DNA of 32,967 bases from Planctomycetota bacterium (GTDB lineage: Bacteria; Planctomycetota; Planctomycetia; Pirellulales; Pirellulaceae), in assembly GCA_046045565.1 (NCBI GenBank), contig JBJOLO010000551.1:1-32967 (forward strand), in the 5' to 3' direction. Shown piece after piece: positions 16,562 to 25,474 of this stretch; within the stretch, counting starts at the first letter, position 1, and every line of letters starts with the position of its first letter. The notes beneath the pieces were generated by a model that saw nothing but the letters and a program-made list of their open reading frames with translations, did no database searches and had not been told where the DNA came from. A program made the position numbers and the translations under genes.

Positions 16562-16637
16562 TGCCTGGTTTTCCGGGCCGGGGTGGGTGTCTGTGGGCGA
16601 TCCCCGCGGGTTCCTCAATTCCAAGACACACACGTTT
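16562..16637 (+). repeat. copy B of the ~75-bp direct repeat
   Basis: The sequence is tgcctggttttccgggccggggtgggtgtctgtgggcgatccccgcgggttcctcaattccaagacacacacgttt. Confidence 0.85.
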
Positions 16638-16670
16638 GGCACGGGTCGGGTACCAGCTACCGGAGAGCAG

Positions 16671-17945
16671 CTAGGACACGGAATCGATTTTCCATGGCTC
16701 GCGGTAGGGACGACTGACCATCGCTGCGGCCTCGGAGTCGTCAACTATTTGCTCCTTGGCAGCATCCCATCGGATTTTTCGCTTTAATCGCAGAGCGAGA
16801 TTTCCGAGATGGCAGGCTGTTGCCGATCGATGGCCGATTTCGACATCGCAGATCGGCAACTGGCGGGAGCGCACGCACTCGAGAAAATTGGCGTGATGAT
16901 TGTTGCTCACATAGAGCTTTTCCGCCGAGTCAGGCAGAGGATCGGTGATGAGGTTCTCGGGCGAGCTCTTCAATTTGCCGCGGTTGACGAATATCTTTCC
17001 CTGATCGCCGATAAAAGTGGTTCCCTCGGGGATATCGGGCTGTAATTGGCCGACCGTCATCGTGACATCGTTGGGATAACGATAGGTGACTCGACACGTT
17101 TCGGTCACTTCATGCCAACCCTTGGGATGAAAGGTTGCCTCGCCTTCGATCTCGAGGGGACCGGCATGATCGACGCCCATGCCCCAGTGGGCGATATCGA
17201 TATGATGAGCGCCGAAGTTGGTCATCTGGCCGCCGGAGTAATCCCAGAAGAATCGGAAGTTGTAGTGAACGCGCTTGCTGTTGTAGGGCCGCAGCGGTGC
17301 CGGCCCCAACCAGAGATCGTAGTTCAATTCCGCTGGAGGATCGCTGTCCGCGATCGGCTCGCCCGGATGGTTCGGTCCCGGAATTCCGACCATCACCTGT
17401 TGCAGCTTTCCGACTCGGCCGGCTCGGACCAACTCGCACGCCAGCCGGAATCCTTTGTCCGAACGTTGCTGCGAACCGGTCTGAACGATCCGCTGTCCCT
17501 GCCGCGCCGCGTGGACCATCTGACGACCCTCCGCGATCGTGAGTGACAGAGGCTTTTCGCAATAAACATCTTTGCCAGCCCGGCAAGCATCGATGGTCAT
17601 CAGTGCGTGCCAATGATCGGGCGTGCTGATCACGACGGCGTCGATATCCTTACGGTCGAGCAACCGACGATAGTCGCTGAATGCTTCGCACGATCGACCC
17701 GACTGTTCGACCACTTTCACCGCCTTCCCCAGGACCTCCGTATCGACATCGCAGACTGCGACCGCGTGGTTGATGAACGCACGCAGGTTGGATCCGCCCT
17801 GATTGCGGACGCCGATGTGGCCCGTCTGAATTCGCTCGTTGGCCCCAAATGCCCTTTTCGGGACAAAATACGGCAGGGTGATCGCCGTTGCGGACGTTCC
17901 GACCGCTTGAAGCAGAAAGGTACGTCGGGTTGATCGCTTCGCCAT
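16671..17945 (-). CDS. Tat-exported Gfo/Idh/MocA family oxidoreductase
   Basis: The twin-arginine signal is MAKRSTRRTFLLQAVGTSATA. Family motifs VVISTPDHWHA and VYCEKPL are present. AAGGAG lies 7 nt upstream of the ATG. Confidence 0.85.
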   Translation of the reverse strand: MAKRSTRRTFLLQAVGTSATAITLPYFVPKRAFGANERIQTGHIGVRNQGGSNLRAFINHAVAVCDVDTEVLGKAVKVVEQSGRSCEAFSDYRRLLDRKDIDAVVISTPDHWHALMTIDACRAGKDVYCEKPLSLTIAEGRQMVHAARQGQRIVQTGSQQRSDKGFRLACELVRAGRVGKLQQVMVGIPGPNHPGEPIADSDPPAELNYDLWLGPAPLRPYNSKRVHYNFRFFWDYSGGQMTNFGAHHIDIAHWGMGVDHAGPLEIEGEATFHPKGWHEVTETCRVTYRYPNDVTMTVGQLQPDIPEGTTFIGDQGKIFVNRGKLKSSPENLITDPLPDSAEKLYVSNNHHANFLECVRSRQLPICDVEIGHRSATACHLGNLALRLKRKIRWDAAKEQIVDDSEAAAMVSRPYREPWKIDSVS

Positions 17946-18017
17946 CGTAATCTCCTTGAAGGTCGGAACGGTTGAGCCGGATGCTAGCAGTAATGGAGTC
18001 CGCTGTGTGGGAATATC

Positions 18018-18047
18018 TTGACCATTTTCCCCGTTGGTTGCTAGACT
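18018..18047 (+). promoter_or_regulatory. sigma70-like promoter candidate (TTGACC-N18-TAGACT)
   Basis: The -35 is at 18018-18023 and the -10 at 18042-18047. It lies in the divergent intergenic region, about 230 nt upstream of the ATG at 18277. This is a motif match only. Confidence 0.25.
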
Positions 18048-18276
18048 CGCCCGCTTCCAGGCACCTCACCGACTCACCTCACGGAATCAAGTCTGCCAGG
18101 CTTGATGCGCGACGTTCCAGTCGGCTCATCAACAAAAAGTCACCGTGCTGAAATCAGGCTGCTGAATTTGGGCTGCGGAAAGCGGACCCTGAGAATCGTC
18201 CTGCGGGGATCAGGCGAGTAGAACCGGCCAACGGGAAGCGGCGTTACCATACCAAAATTTTTTGGGAGCTCGACGG

Positions 18277-19041
18277 ATGTCCACAACACTGGGGATCGTG
18301 GAAGTTGGTTCGATCATTGCTTCTGCGGAGGCGAACAACTCCGGTTCGCGTGCGGGCCGGCGACTTGGCGGCCGCTCGATTTTAGAGTGGGTTGTACGTC
18401 GGGTCACCGATTCACATGGACTGAAACAAGTTGTGGTCGTCGCTGATCAGCGGGATCCCAGGCGGCACATGATCAACGACTTGGTGCCGTCCGACATTCC
18501 GATCTATTTCGGCAAGCAGACGGATCCGCTGGGCCGCTTTGCAGGAGCGGTAAAGAAGTATCACGCCGACGCCGTCGTCCGCGTGAGCGTTGATCATCCG
18601 TTTGTCGATCCAGCCTTGATCGACCGTTTATTGAAGGTTGCGAGCCACGATCAGGAAAGCGAATACATTTGCTTTGCGAATTCCTTGAACGATCGGATCG
18701 CCGCATCGCGTCTCGGCCTGTTCGCGGAATGGTGCCGTGCCGATGCCATCTATCGTGCGGATCGTGATGCGACCGATCCGAGGGATCGATGCGAGGCGAC
18801 CCGTTTTATCTACACTCATCCTGAACTGCATCAATTGCGCATTCTGCCAGCGCCGGCTGCCTTGGATCGCGACGATTTGCGATTAGCGATTCTGTCCGAA
18901 GATGATTGGGAGCATGCCGAGGCGATCCTGGAAGCATTAGGGCCCGAAGGACTGGAGTGGCAGAGTATTGCGGGATTGCTCGACCATCAGCCGCAAATAC
19001 GCCAACGCATGGCTCACCTTAATCGTTGCGAATCAGTTTGA
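18277..19041 (+). CDS. cytidylyltransferase-family protein (SpsF / CTP_transf_3-like), divergent N-terminal motif
   Basis: An ATG at 18277 has GGGAG upstream. DPLGRFAGAVKKYHADAVVRVSVDHPFVDPALIDRLL resembles the acylneuraminate/SpsF cytidylyltransferase core. The N-terminal nucleotide-binding motif is poorly conserved. Confidence 0.55.
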   Translation: MSTTLGIVEVGSIIASAEANNSGSRAGRRLGGRSILEWVVRRVTDSHGLKQVVVVADQRDPRRHMINDLVPSDIPIYFGKQTDPLGRFAGAVKKYHADAVVRVSVDHPFVDPALIDRLLKVASHDQESEYICFANSLNDRIAASRLGLFAEWCRADAIYRADRDATDPRDRCEATRFIYTHPELHQLRILPAPAALDRDDLRLAILSEDDWEHAEAILEALGPEGLEWQSIAGLLDHQPQIRQRMAHLNRCESV

Positions 19042-19080
19042 CGAAGATATCCATAGTGCTTCGAAAGGAGTCGAGCCCCT

Positions 19081-19863
19081 ATGGACGTGATCGGATTTAA
19101 TTCAGCAAAGCATGCGCGGCACCGGGCAGGAAGCCACGAGTCTCGGGGTGCGCGGTCAATGTGCAACCTGCCGCTGGACACAACGGGCATCGTATTCAGC
19201 GTCGGCGGCGTTCTGTACGACGATTCGATTTGGAATCGTTGGTTGCTGCAGCAATTGACCAAGTTGGGCCTCCAAACACAGTACCAAGCTTTTTTTCAAG
19301 TGCTTGAGAACGAATACCTGCCCGAAGTGTATTGCGGGCAGCGCGATTACTGGCAGGCGTTGCGGGCTTATCTGTTTTCCGTCGGATTAAGTCGCGGGCA
19401 AGTGGACGAAATCGAAGCGACAACATCGGGACGCCGTTTGCGATTCGAACAAGAGATTCGACCGATGCCCGGTGTACGGGCAACGCTTGCGTTGCTGTCA
19501 ACGCGAGGCATCCCGATGGCTATCTTGTGCAACGCGGTCGATTCGGCCAAGGAGCTCAGCGGAAAATTGCAATCATTGGGAATCTCCCAGCACTTTCAGC
19601 AAGTGGTTTCTTCGCGGGATACGGGGGTCGCCATGCCCGCGCCCGAAAGTTATCGCTCGGCCGTTGAGGCTCTGAATATAGGGCCGGGAAAACTGCTGTT
19701 CGTCTCCAATGACCAACGCGAACTCCAAGGTGCCCGTGCGGCGGGGATGATCAGTGTCGCGATCCAAGTTGACGAGGAGATCGCAGGCGATATCTGCCTC
19801 GATCGAATCGATGACCTGACCGGGCTCGTGGGTGTGAGCCAAAAACGAGCGAAAGCGGGATGA
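19081..19863 (+). CDS. HAD-fold protein with all four catalytic motifs degenerate (probable pseudoenzyme)
   Basis: An ATG at 19081 has AAGGAG 10 nt upstream. The HAD-like layout is recognisable: IVFSVGGVLYDDS / MAILCNA / GVAMPAPESY / LLFVSNDQRELQGARAAGM. Confidence 0.6.
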   Translation: MDVIGFNSAKHARHRAGSHESRGARSMCNLPLDTTGIVFSVGGVLYDDSIWNRWLLQQLTKLGLQTQYQAFFQVLENEYLPEVYCGQRDYWQALRAYLFSVGLSRGQVDEIEATTSGRRLRFEQEIRPMPGVRATLALLSTRGIPMAILCNAVDSAKELSGKLQSLGISQHFQQVVSSRDTGVAMPAPESYRSAVEALNIGPGKLLFVSNDQRELQGARAAGMISVAIQVDEEIAGDICLDRIDDLTGLVGVSQKRAKAG

Positions 19864-20101
19864 CACGTCCTCTTACGGACATCCCGATCAAGTACGCACC
19901 GTTCCGGTGCCCGCACGCTTCGGGTGTCTCCTTGCTCCCGTCCCAGATGTCACCACCGCGATGCCGAACAGTCGTGCTAGCATCGGCAAGCTCGGCGTAA
20001 TCGTCAAACTTCTCTTAAGTTACCAGGCCGCGGGATCCGAATTGTTGTGGGGACGCCGTCAGCTTCGGTCATTCGTAAGCCCGCAACAGGTCAGGCCGCT
20101 C

Positions 20102-20383
20102 ATGTTCAAAACCATTGCTCAATGTTTGGCACTGCTGTGCCTCGTGGTCGCTTCGGGTTGCTCCATCTGCTGTGCACCGTTTGACGACGAGTATGCTTGC
20201 TACGGCGGGATCATGGATCGGACCGATCGGGTTAACGGGCGTGTTGGCTCCAAGTTCATAGGAGCATCGATGGCCGATTCAGCCGAAGAATCGTCGGTGT
20301 TGATGTCGGGCGAAAAGGAATCGACCGCGGCTCATCTGCGGCAGGCAGTGATGGAACCCGATCCAGATCGCGACTTACAGTAA
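20102..20383 (+). CDS. small Cys-rich lipoprotein (93 aa)
   Basis: An ATG at 20102 gives a signal peptide with a lipobox (MFKTIAQCLALLCLVVASG|C). This is followed by SICCAPFDDEYACYGG. The upstream part of ORF 19907.. has no protein-like features. Confidence 0.55.
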   Translation: MFKTIAQCLALLCLVVASGCSICCAPFDDEYACYGGIMDRTDRVNGRVGSKFIGASMADSAEESSVLMSGEKESTAAHLRQAVMEPDPDRDLQ

Positions 20384-20419
20384 GCGTCAGGATCTGGGAC
20401 ACCGTGCACGCGATCGGCA

Positions 20420-22654
20420 TCAGACGTCGATTTGCCTGACGACGACATGGTTGCCGCGCACTTCGCTCACCAGCACGGGCGTATTTCGCGGGATATGTTC
20501 GCCATCGCTGATCACATCGACGATCTCATCGCCGAAGCGGGCTTTTCCGGATGGCACGAGCGGCGTGGTGGTTTGACCGCGTTTACCGTTAAGAAAACGG
20601 AAGTCAGCGAGTGATTCGCGGCGGTTCATCTCTTCAATCTCATCGGCGTCGGGTGCCTGCAACATCAGGCGGTTGAAAATGGGTGCGCGGGAGAGGTAGC
20701 GGCGCATGAACACGAGCGCGAGCGCCGCACCGCTGATCCCTGCTAACACGACCAACAGCGACTTGGGCATTTGTTCCAGTTGGTAATCGTTGGACGGAAT
20801 GACAAAGGTCTGGCTGGCGAGCACGATCGAAACGATCATCATGATGCCGCCCGTGATTCCCACGATTCCGAATCCGGGCAAAAGCAATATTTCGATTGCC
20901 ACGCAGACCGCCCCGCCCAAAAAGAGCAGCACTTCCAGCCATCCGGCTGTACCGTGCAGGAATTGGCTCCAGAAGTACAAGAGGAAGCAGATGGCGGAGA
21001 CGAGTCCCGCGCCGCTGAATCCCTGCGTCAGGAATTCGATCATGAGGGCGAACCAGGCAATGAACAGCAGCAGCCCCGCGATGCGTGGGTCGGCCAGCCC
21101 TTCGATCAGGCGATGAGCCCAATTGGGTCGAAGCACCGCAGGCGACTCGGCAAGCGAATACAGCTGACGAACTTCGTCGAATTGATTCGCACGATAACGC
21201 GCGAGTTTACAATTTTGAGCGTCACGGCCGTTCAGGCCCTCTACAGTCCGAATCGCAGCACCCTGTTTCCATTGTGGGGCGTCGGGGAGCGACGCGAGCT
21301 CCTCGTTGCACAGAAAACGGACTTCACCTGTGCCCTCTCGCGTATAGGTGTGCACCTGAACGGAGGAGTCCAGCAAGGCGAGCGAGAGCGACCAATTGTC
21401 GCCTCGTTCGGCAGCCATTTGCGCCAGCGGTTGACGCAAATCGACGAGGGATTGCGCCGCGATGGGTTCGCCGGGTCCGCCCAAAACGGCCTCGTCGCCG
21501 ACCACTAATTGTTGGCATGCGAGGGCAATCAGTGCCGCGTCGGCACGGGCAGCCTTCGGCACGAAGGCAACGGTGCGGATTCGAGCGGGATCGAGCCGCG
21601 CGAGTCGTTGAGCCAAGGCGAGGCTCGTATCCAGATCGCCTCCGGGGCTGTCGATCGTGAGACACAGAAAATTGACGGAGTCCTGAGCGAGTCGCGCTTC
21701 CAGGGATCGGGTGATCCAGTTAATCGAATTGCGATTGATCGGGCCGTGAATGTCGATTTGCAGTGCTCGCCAGCCATCGCGAAACGTCGGATCCTCCTGG
21801 AGGGATGCCGGCGGAATTTTCAGTGCAGCGGCAAGTTCGGTTCGATCGTTTGCCAGGTGACTGGCGAATCCGTACGTGACTCGCAAATCGCGCCCGGTCA
21901 AACGAATCATCTCGCCTGGCGCCGAGACGCGATCGACGGATCGAACGGCGGATTGCTTTTGTAATTCGTCCAGTTCCGCAGCAGGAACGTAGCGAATGCC
22001 TTCGGTGGTTTGCACCTTAAAAACTTCGGTCTGTTTGTCCAGCAATCCAAGTGCGACAGGGGCGGGGATCACGCGCCGTCGATCGGCAATTTCCAAATAC
22101 CCGCGCCGCATCGTCGGGTCGATGAACGGTTCGCCGGCTCCCGCATCGCCAAACGTGGCTTCAGGAGCAACAATGATTTCCTCGCAAGCGAGGGCCACCA
22201 AAACGGCATGGCCTTGCACGGACTTTGGCACATAGGCGACTGTCCGAACGCGTCGTAAACGCTCGCCGGCAAGATAGCGAGCCAGAGCAAGCGATCGCTC
22301 AAATTGACTGCCGATCCCGGTCTGCTGCCCGGTTGTCTTCAGCTCCAATACCAGAATCGGGCGAGGGCCTTCTTGCGGGAATTGCTCGATCAGATGGTCG
22401 ATATTCTGAATCACATTCAGATCAACGGACCCGGTGATCGGCAGAGGCACACTCACCAACCTCGCGGAAGTCGTTTGATCTTCGGCTCGGACGGCGCCTT
22501 GGTCATTGTTCGGGACCTGTGCGAGCAGAGCGGGGAAGTTACCGAACGGCGCGAGCAGCAACCAATAGGCTGCCAGCAAGGCGAGCACCCAAGGTCGCTC
22601 GATCCAACGCGGGTGCTCGATCCCATGCAGGCATGCAGCACGAATGAGCTGCAT
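20420..22654 (-). CDS. NfeD-like membrane protein with two tandem ClpP/crotonase-like domains, a TM bundle and a C-terminal NfeD OB domain
   Basis: Two related segments are present: ...LVLELKTTGQQTG...VAYVPKSVQGHAVLVALACEEIIVAPEATFG and ...LTIDSPGGDLDTS...VAFVPKAARADAALIALACQQLVVGDEAVLGG. Then come 4-5 TM helices and a C-terminal region (GKRGQTTTPLVPSGKARFGDEIVDVISDGEHIPRNTPVLV). The start is uncertain: ATG at 22654 or upstream at 22702. Confidence 0.7.
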   Translation of the reverse strand: MQLIRAACLHGIEHPRWIERPWVLALLAAYWLLLAPFGNFPALLAQVPNNDQGAVRAEDQTTSARLVSVPLPITGSVDLNVIQNIDHLIEQFPQEGPRPILVLELKTTGQQTGIGSQFERSLALARYLAGERLRRVRTVAYVPKSVQGHAVLVALACEEIIVAPEATFGDAGAGEPFIDPTMRRGYLEIADRRRVIPAPVALGLLDKQTEVFKVQTTEGIRYVPAAELDELQKQSAVRSVDRVSAPGEMIRLTGRDLRVTYGFASHLANDRTELAAALKIPPASLQEDPTFRDGWRALQIDIHGPINRNSINWITRSLEARLAQDSVNFLCLTIDSPGGDLDTSLALAQRLARLDPARIRTVAFVPKAARADAALIALACQQLVVGDEAVLGGPGEPIAAQSLVDLRQPLAQMAAERGDNWSLSLALLDSSVQVHTYTREGTGEVRFLCNEELASLPDAPQWKQGAAIRTVEGLNGRDAQNCKLARYRANQFDEVRQLYSLAESPAVLRPNWAHRLIEGLADPRIAGLLLFIAWFALMIEFLTQGFSGAGLVSAICFLLYFWSQFLHGTAGWLEVLLFLGGAVCVAIEILLLPGFGIVGITGGIMMIVSIVLASQTFVIPSNDYQLEQMPKSLLVVLAGISGAALALVFMRRYLSRAPIFNRLMLQAPDADEIEEMNRRESLADFRFLNGKRGQTTTPLVPSGKARFGDEIVDVISDGEHIPRNTPVLVSEVRGNHVVVRQIDV

Positions 22655-22857
22655 GCGATGGTTCGCTTTGCAGGGCTTGTCTGAGAAACATACCATGCAC
22701 ATGGATGTATTATAGGCCCGGAATGCGGAGCCGGAAACGGGCTGGTTCTTTGAGTTGGCTTTGAGAAACGTGGTAAACTAAGAGCAAGCACGATCGATAA
22801 CACGGTGTGCGTCGATCAGGGGGACTCAGGCCATCAAACGAAGCAAAAGCATGCATC

Positions 22858-23223
22858 ATGAAACAATTGCAGCTGAATCATGTCGCGATTCACGTCCGGG
22901 ATGTCGAGTTGAGCAGTCGATTTTATGAGGACGTGTTGCAGTTGGAGCGGATCCCGCGACCTGCCTTTGACTTTCCAGGCATGTGGTATCGATTCGGCCA
23001 GGATCAGGATCTGCACCTGATCGGCGGCCGAACTGCTCCGGTGGTGTCTCACCATCGTGGCACTCATTTCGCCATCCTCGTCGATGACTTGGATGCCTGG
23101 GAAAAGCATGTCCGTGGTCAAGGAGTGGAATGCTTCCGCAAGATGCGGCCGGACGGTGCGCTGCAGATGTACATCACCGATCCTGATGGTCACGTCGTCG
23201 AACTGACCCAATTTGTTCCCTAA
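22858..23223 (+). CDS. VOC family (glyoxalase/bleomycin-resistance/dioxygenase fold) protein
   Basis: The product starts MKQLQLNHVAIHVRDVELSSRFYEDVLQL and contains GTHFAILVDD and ITDPDGHVVEL. Confidence 0.8.
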   Translation: MKQLQLNHVAIHVRDVELSSRFYEDVLQLERIPRPAFDFPGMWYRFGQDQDLHLIGGRTAPVVSHHRGTHFAILVDDLDAWEKHVRGQGVECFRKMRPDGALQMYITDPDGHVVELTQFVP

Positions 23224-23280
23224 ACCGCACGGTTGATCGTGCTCGTCGAGTGCCCTGGTGCGGAGGGCGGAACCTGCCGT

Positions 23281-24807
23281 ATGCGAAGCAAGCTGATCAA
23301 GAATCCGCTGTCGAACTTACTCCGTATCGGAGCGGTTGGAATTCTGGTCGGCGCAGCGTTTGTTGCCTGGTCGATGCTCTCGCCGCGTGTTGAGTCCGCA
23401 CGGGTCAAATCAACTCGAGCTGTCGAAAAGCGTGCCTTTGCCAAACGCTCACGAGAGAACGGCACAGCCGCGCAAAACAACGCAGCGCAGCGAAGTGGAC
23501 CGGATGGCTTCGAGATTACCGGTACGGAGAGGCAAACTCTTTCGGGTCGGGAAGCGACGCAGCCGAGCGATCATGCAAGTCCGCGGACGCTCGATGCATT
23601 GTCGGCCGCCATGGAGCGTATTGAAAAGAGTGTGGTGCGGATCGAAGCGAGCCGAGATGATCAAGCGAATCAGATCGGCTCCGGTTTCGTCATCGATGCG
23701 CGAGGATTGGTAGTCACGAGCCTGCATGTGCTCACGGATTCGACCCAGGCGTCGGTTCGGTTTCGTGACGGGGCGACGTATGAGATCGATGGATATGCTG
23801 CGGTCGATCCCGACTCGGATCTCGCAATCGTATCGCTGAAATCGCCCCCCGCGGATCTCTCGCCGTTGCCGCTCGGTGATTCCCGGGATCCGGCGACGTT
23901 CTCGCACGTGGTGGCGATCGGTCATCCGCATGGACTCGACTTTTCCCCCTACGATGGTCGGATCAGCCGGATCCTGAACACGTCGGAACTGCCTGCAAGG
24001 TCGCGACGTTTCGTGCTGGAAGGTTTTCGTAGCGATTCCAATCAGCGTTGGATCCAGCACACGGCCGCTTTATCGGAGGGAAATAGCGGCGGGCCGTTGT
24101 TAGATGATCAGGGACAGGTAATCGGCGTCAACACGTGGGTCGACAAGGAGGCACGGTTTGGCTATGCCATCCACATCCGGCACCTTCGAGATTTGCAAAA
24201 CGCAATTCAGCAGACAACCGTTCCACTTGCTGACCGGGCAAAAAAAGACCGGATCGCGGCGATTCAACCGGCAGATTTCGACGAGCTCTACACCCGGGCG
24301 AACGCGTTTCGTTTTCGACCGCTCTCTGCGGACGACTACGAGGTCCTGCAGCAGCTCGCATGGGCTGTGACGGTGGTGCAAATGCCGCGATCCTTTGGCG
24401 ACGCGCGTGGTGAAAAAGAAATGCGGGATCTGGTGCAAGCCGCTGATCGCGTGGTCAAGCGTCTGGAAAAGGAAAAGTGGGACGACCTCGGACAGCTGAC
24501 GATTGTCAACGATCACGCACTACCGCGGCTATCCGAGCCGAGGTCCGGGGTATTCTTTTTCGCCACCGTTGAACGCATCGTGGAAGGGCCCGATGGGACC
24601 CGCGGCGCACTCATGCAGTTGGCGGGCGACCAGCAAATGCTGTTCATGCCGCTCGACGGCCAACTGGGCTCGCCGGCTGCCGGTACGCAGTGCCTCGTAC
24701 TCGGCGTGAATTACGACGGACGTGTCGTTCGTTACGGTGACAACCCCCTGCAATTGATCACCGCCTTGGTCATTGCAACCCGCACAATCCTGCCGCTCAG
24801 CCATTAA
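23281..24807 (+). CDS. membrane-anchored trypsin-like serine protease (S1/S1C-like) with an uncharacterised ~200-aa C-terminal domain
   Basis: There is an N-terminal TM segment (IGAVGILVGAAFVAW). The triad contexts are GSGFVIDARGLVVTSLHVL (His), DSDLAIVSL (Asp) and SEGNSGGPLLDDQGQVIGVNTW (Ser). I recognised no PDZ domain. Confidence 0.8.
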   Translation: MRSKLIKNPLSNLLRIGAVGILVGAAFVAWSMLSPRVESARVKSTRAVEKRAFAKRSRENGTAAQNNAAQRSGPDGFEITGTERQTLSGREATQPSDHASPRTLDALSAAMERIEKSVVRIEASRDDQANQIGSGFVIDARGLVVTSLHVLTDSTQASVRFRDGATYEIDGYAAVDPDSDLAIVSLKSPPADLSPLPLGDSRDPATFSHVVAIGHPHGLDFSPYDGRISRILNTSELPARSRRFVLEGFRSDSNQRWIQHTAALSEGNSGGPLLDDQGQVIGVNTWVDKEARFGYAIHIRHLRDLQNAIQQTTVPLADRAKKDRIAAIQPADFDELYTRANAFRFRPLSADDYEVLQQLAWAVTVVQMPRSFGDARGEKEMRDLVQAADRVVKRLEKEKWDDLGQLTIVNDHALPRLSEPRSGVFFFATVERIVEGPDGTRGALMQLAGDQQMLFMPLDGQLGSPAAGTQCLVLGVNYDGRVVRYGDNPLQLITALVIATRTILPLSH

Positions 24808-24950
24808 TCCCCCGCCCGCCTAAGCGACTGGGCAATCTAGGAAAAAAAACTCTTCTCGCCGCGCGATGATGTCGACGAAAAAGAATAGCCAAGGATGGCA
24901 AACTTGCGCGACGGAGCATGCGTGTCTCGTGCTCGCAGGAACCTGTTGCC

Positions 24951-25442
24951 ATGCTTGAACGGCCCGGCGATCGTGCCTCGATCCTGATCATCGATTCCGA
25001 TGCGATTAGTCTGACTTCGGCCGCCGAGGTTCTGAATAGCGCGGGGCATCAGTCGCACTGCGCTCAAACGTTCGAGTCGGCACTCAAGGCACTGCGAACC
25101 ACACGCATCGACCTGATTGTCTGCGACGTTCTCGTCCAGGGCGAGAGCGGGCTGCAAATGTGCAAAGATCTTCAGACGGTGGCAGCAACGCCGGATATTC
25201 CGTTGATGTTTGTGTCGGCGCACCAAAGTCCCGATATCATTCGGCGAGTGCATGACGCGGGCGGAATCTACTATCTTCGCAAGCCGTTCGATCCGCGCGT
25301 CCTGGTGGAACTGGTTGACACGGCGATCTGGATGCCGCACGTCATCCGGCGACGGGCTCGGAAGCCGGTATCGATCTCCAGTGTACCGGTACCGCACTGC
25401 CTGCCCCCATCGCAGCCGGCCTTGTATGCCGACAGACCCTAG
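24951..25442 (+). CDS. single-domain response regulator (CheY-like receiver)
   Basis: Receiver contexts are ILIIDSD, DLIVCDV (phospho-acceptor Asp), FVSAH and YLRKPF. No output domain is present. The start could also be the ATG at 24918. Confidence 0.8.
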   Translation: MLERPGDRASILIIDSDAISLTSAAEVLNSAGHQSHCAQTFESALKALRTTRIDLIVCDVLVQGESGLQMCKDLQTVAATPDIPLMFVSAHQSPDIIRRVHDAGGIYYLRKPFDPRVLVELVDTAIWMPHVIRRRARKPVSISSVPVPHCLPPSQPALYADRP

Positions 25443-25474
25443 CTGGTACGCCGGCCGAGAGCGGATGGCGAACC

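Noticed and set aside
16307-16787. ORFs of 145-156 aa on both strands span the 75-bp repeat region.
   Set aside because: They read through duplicated non-coding repeats and into the ends of the flanking convergent genes. Their translations are low-complexity, and the repeats differ by non-3n indels, which is incompatible with coding.
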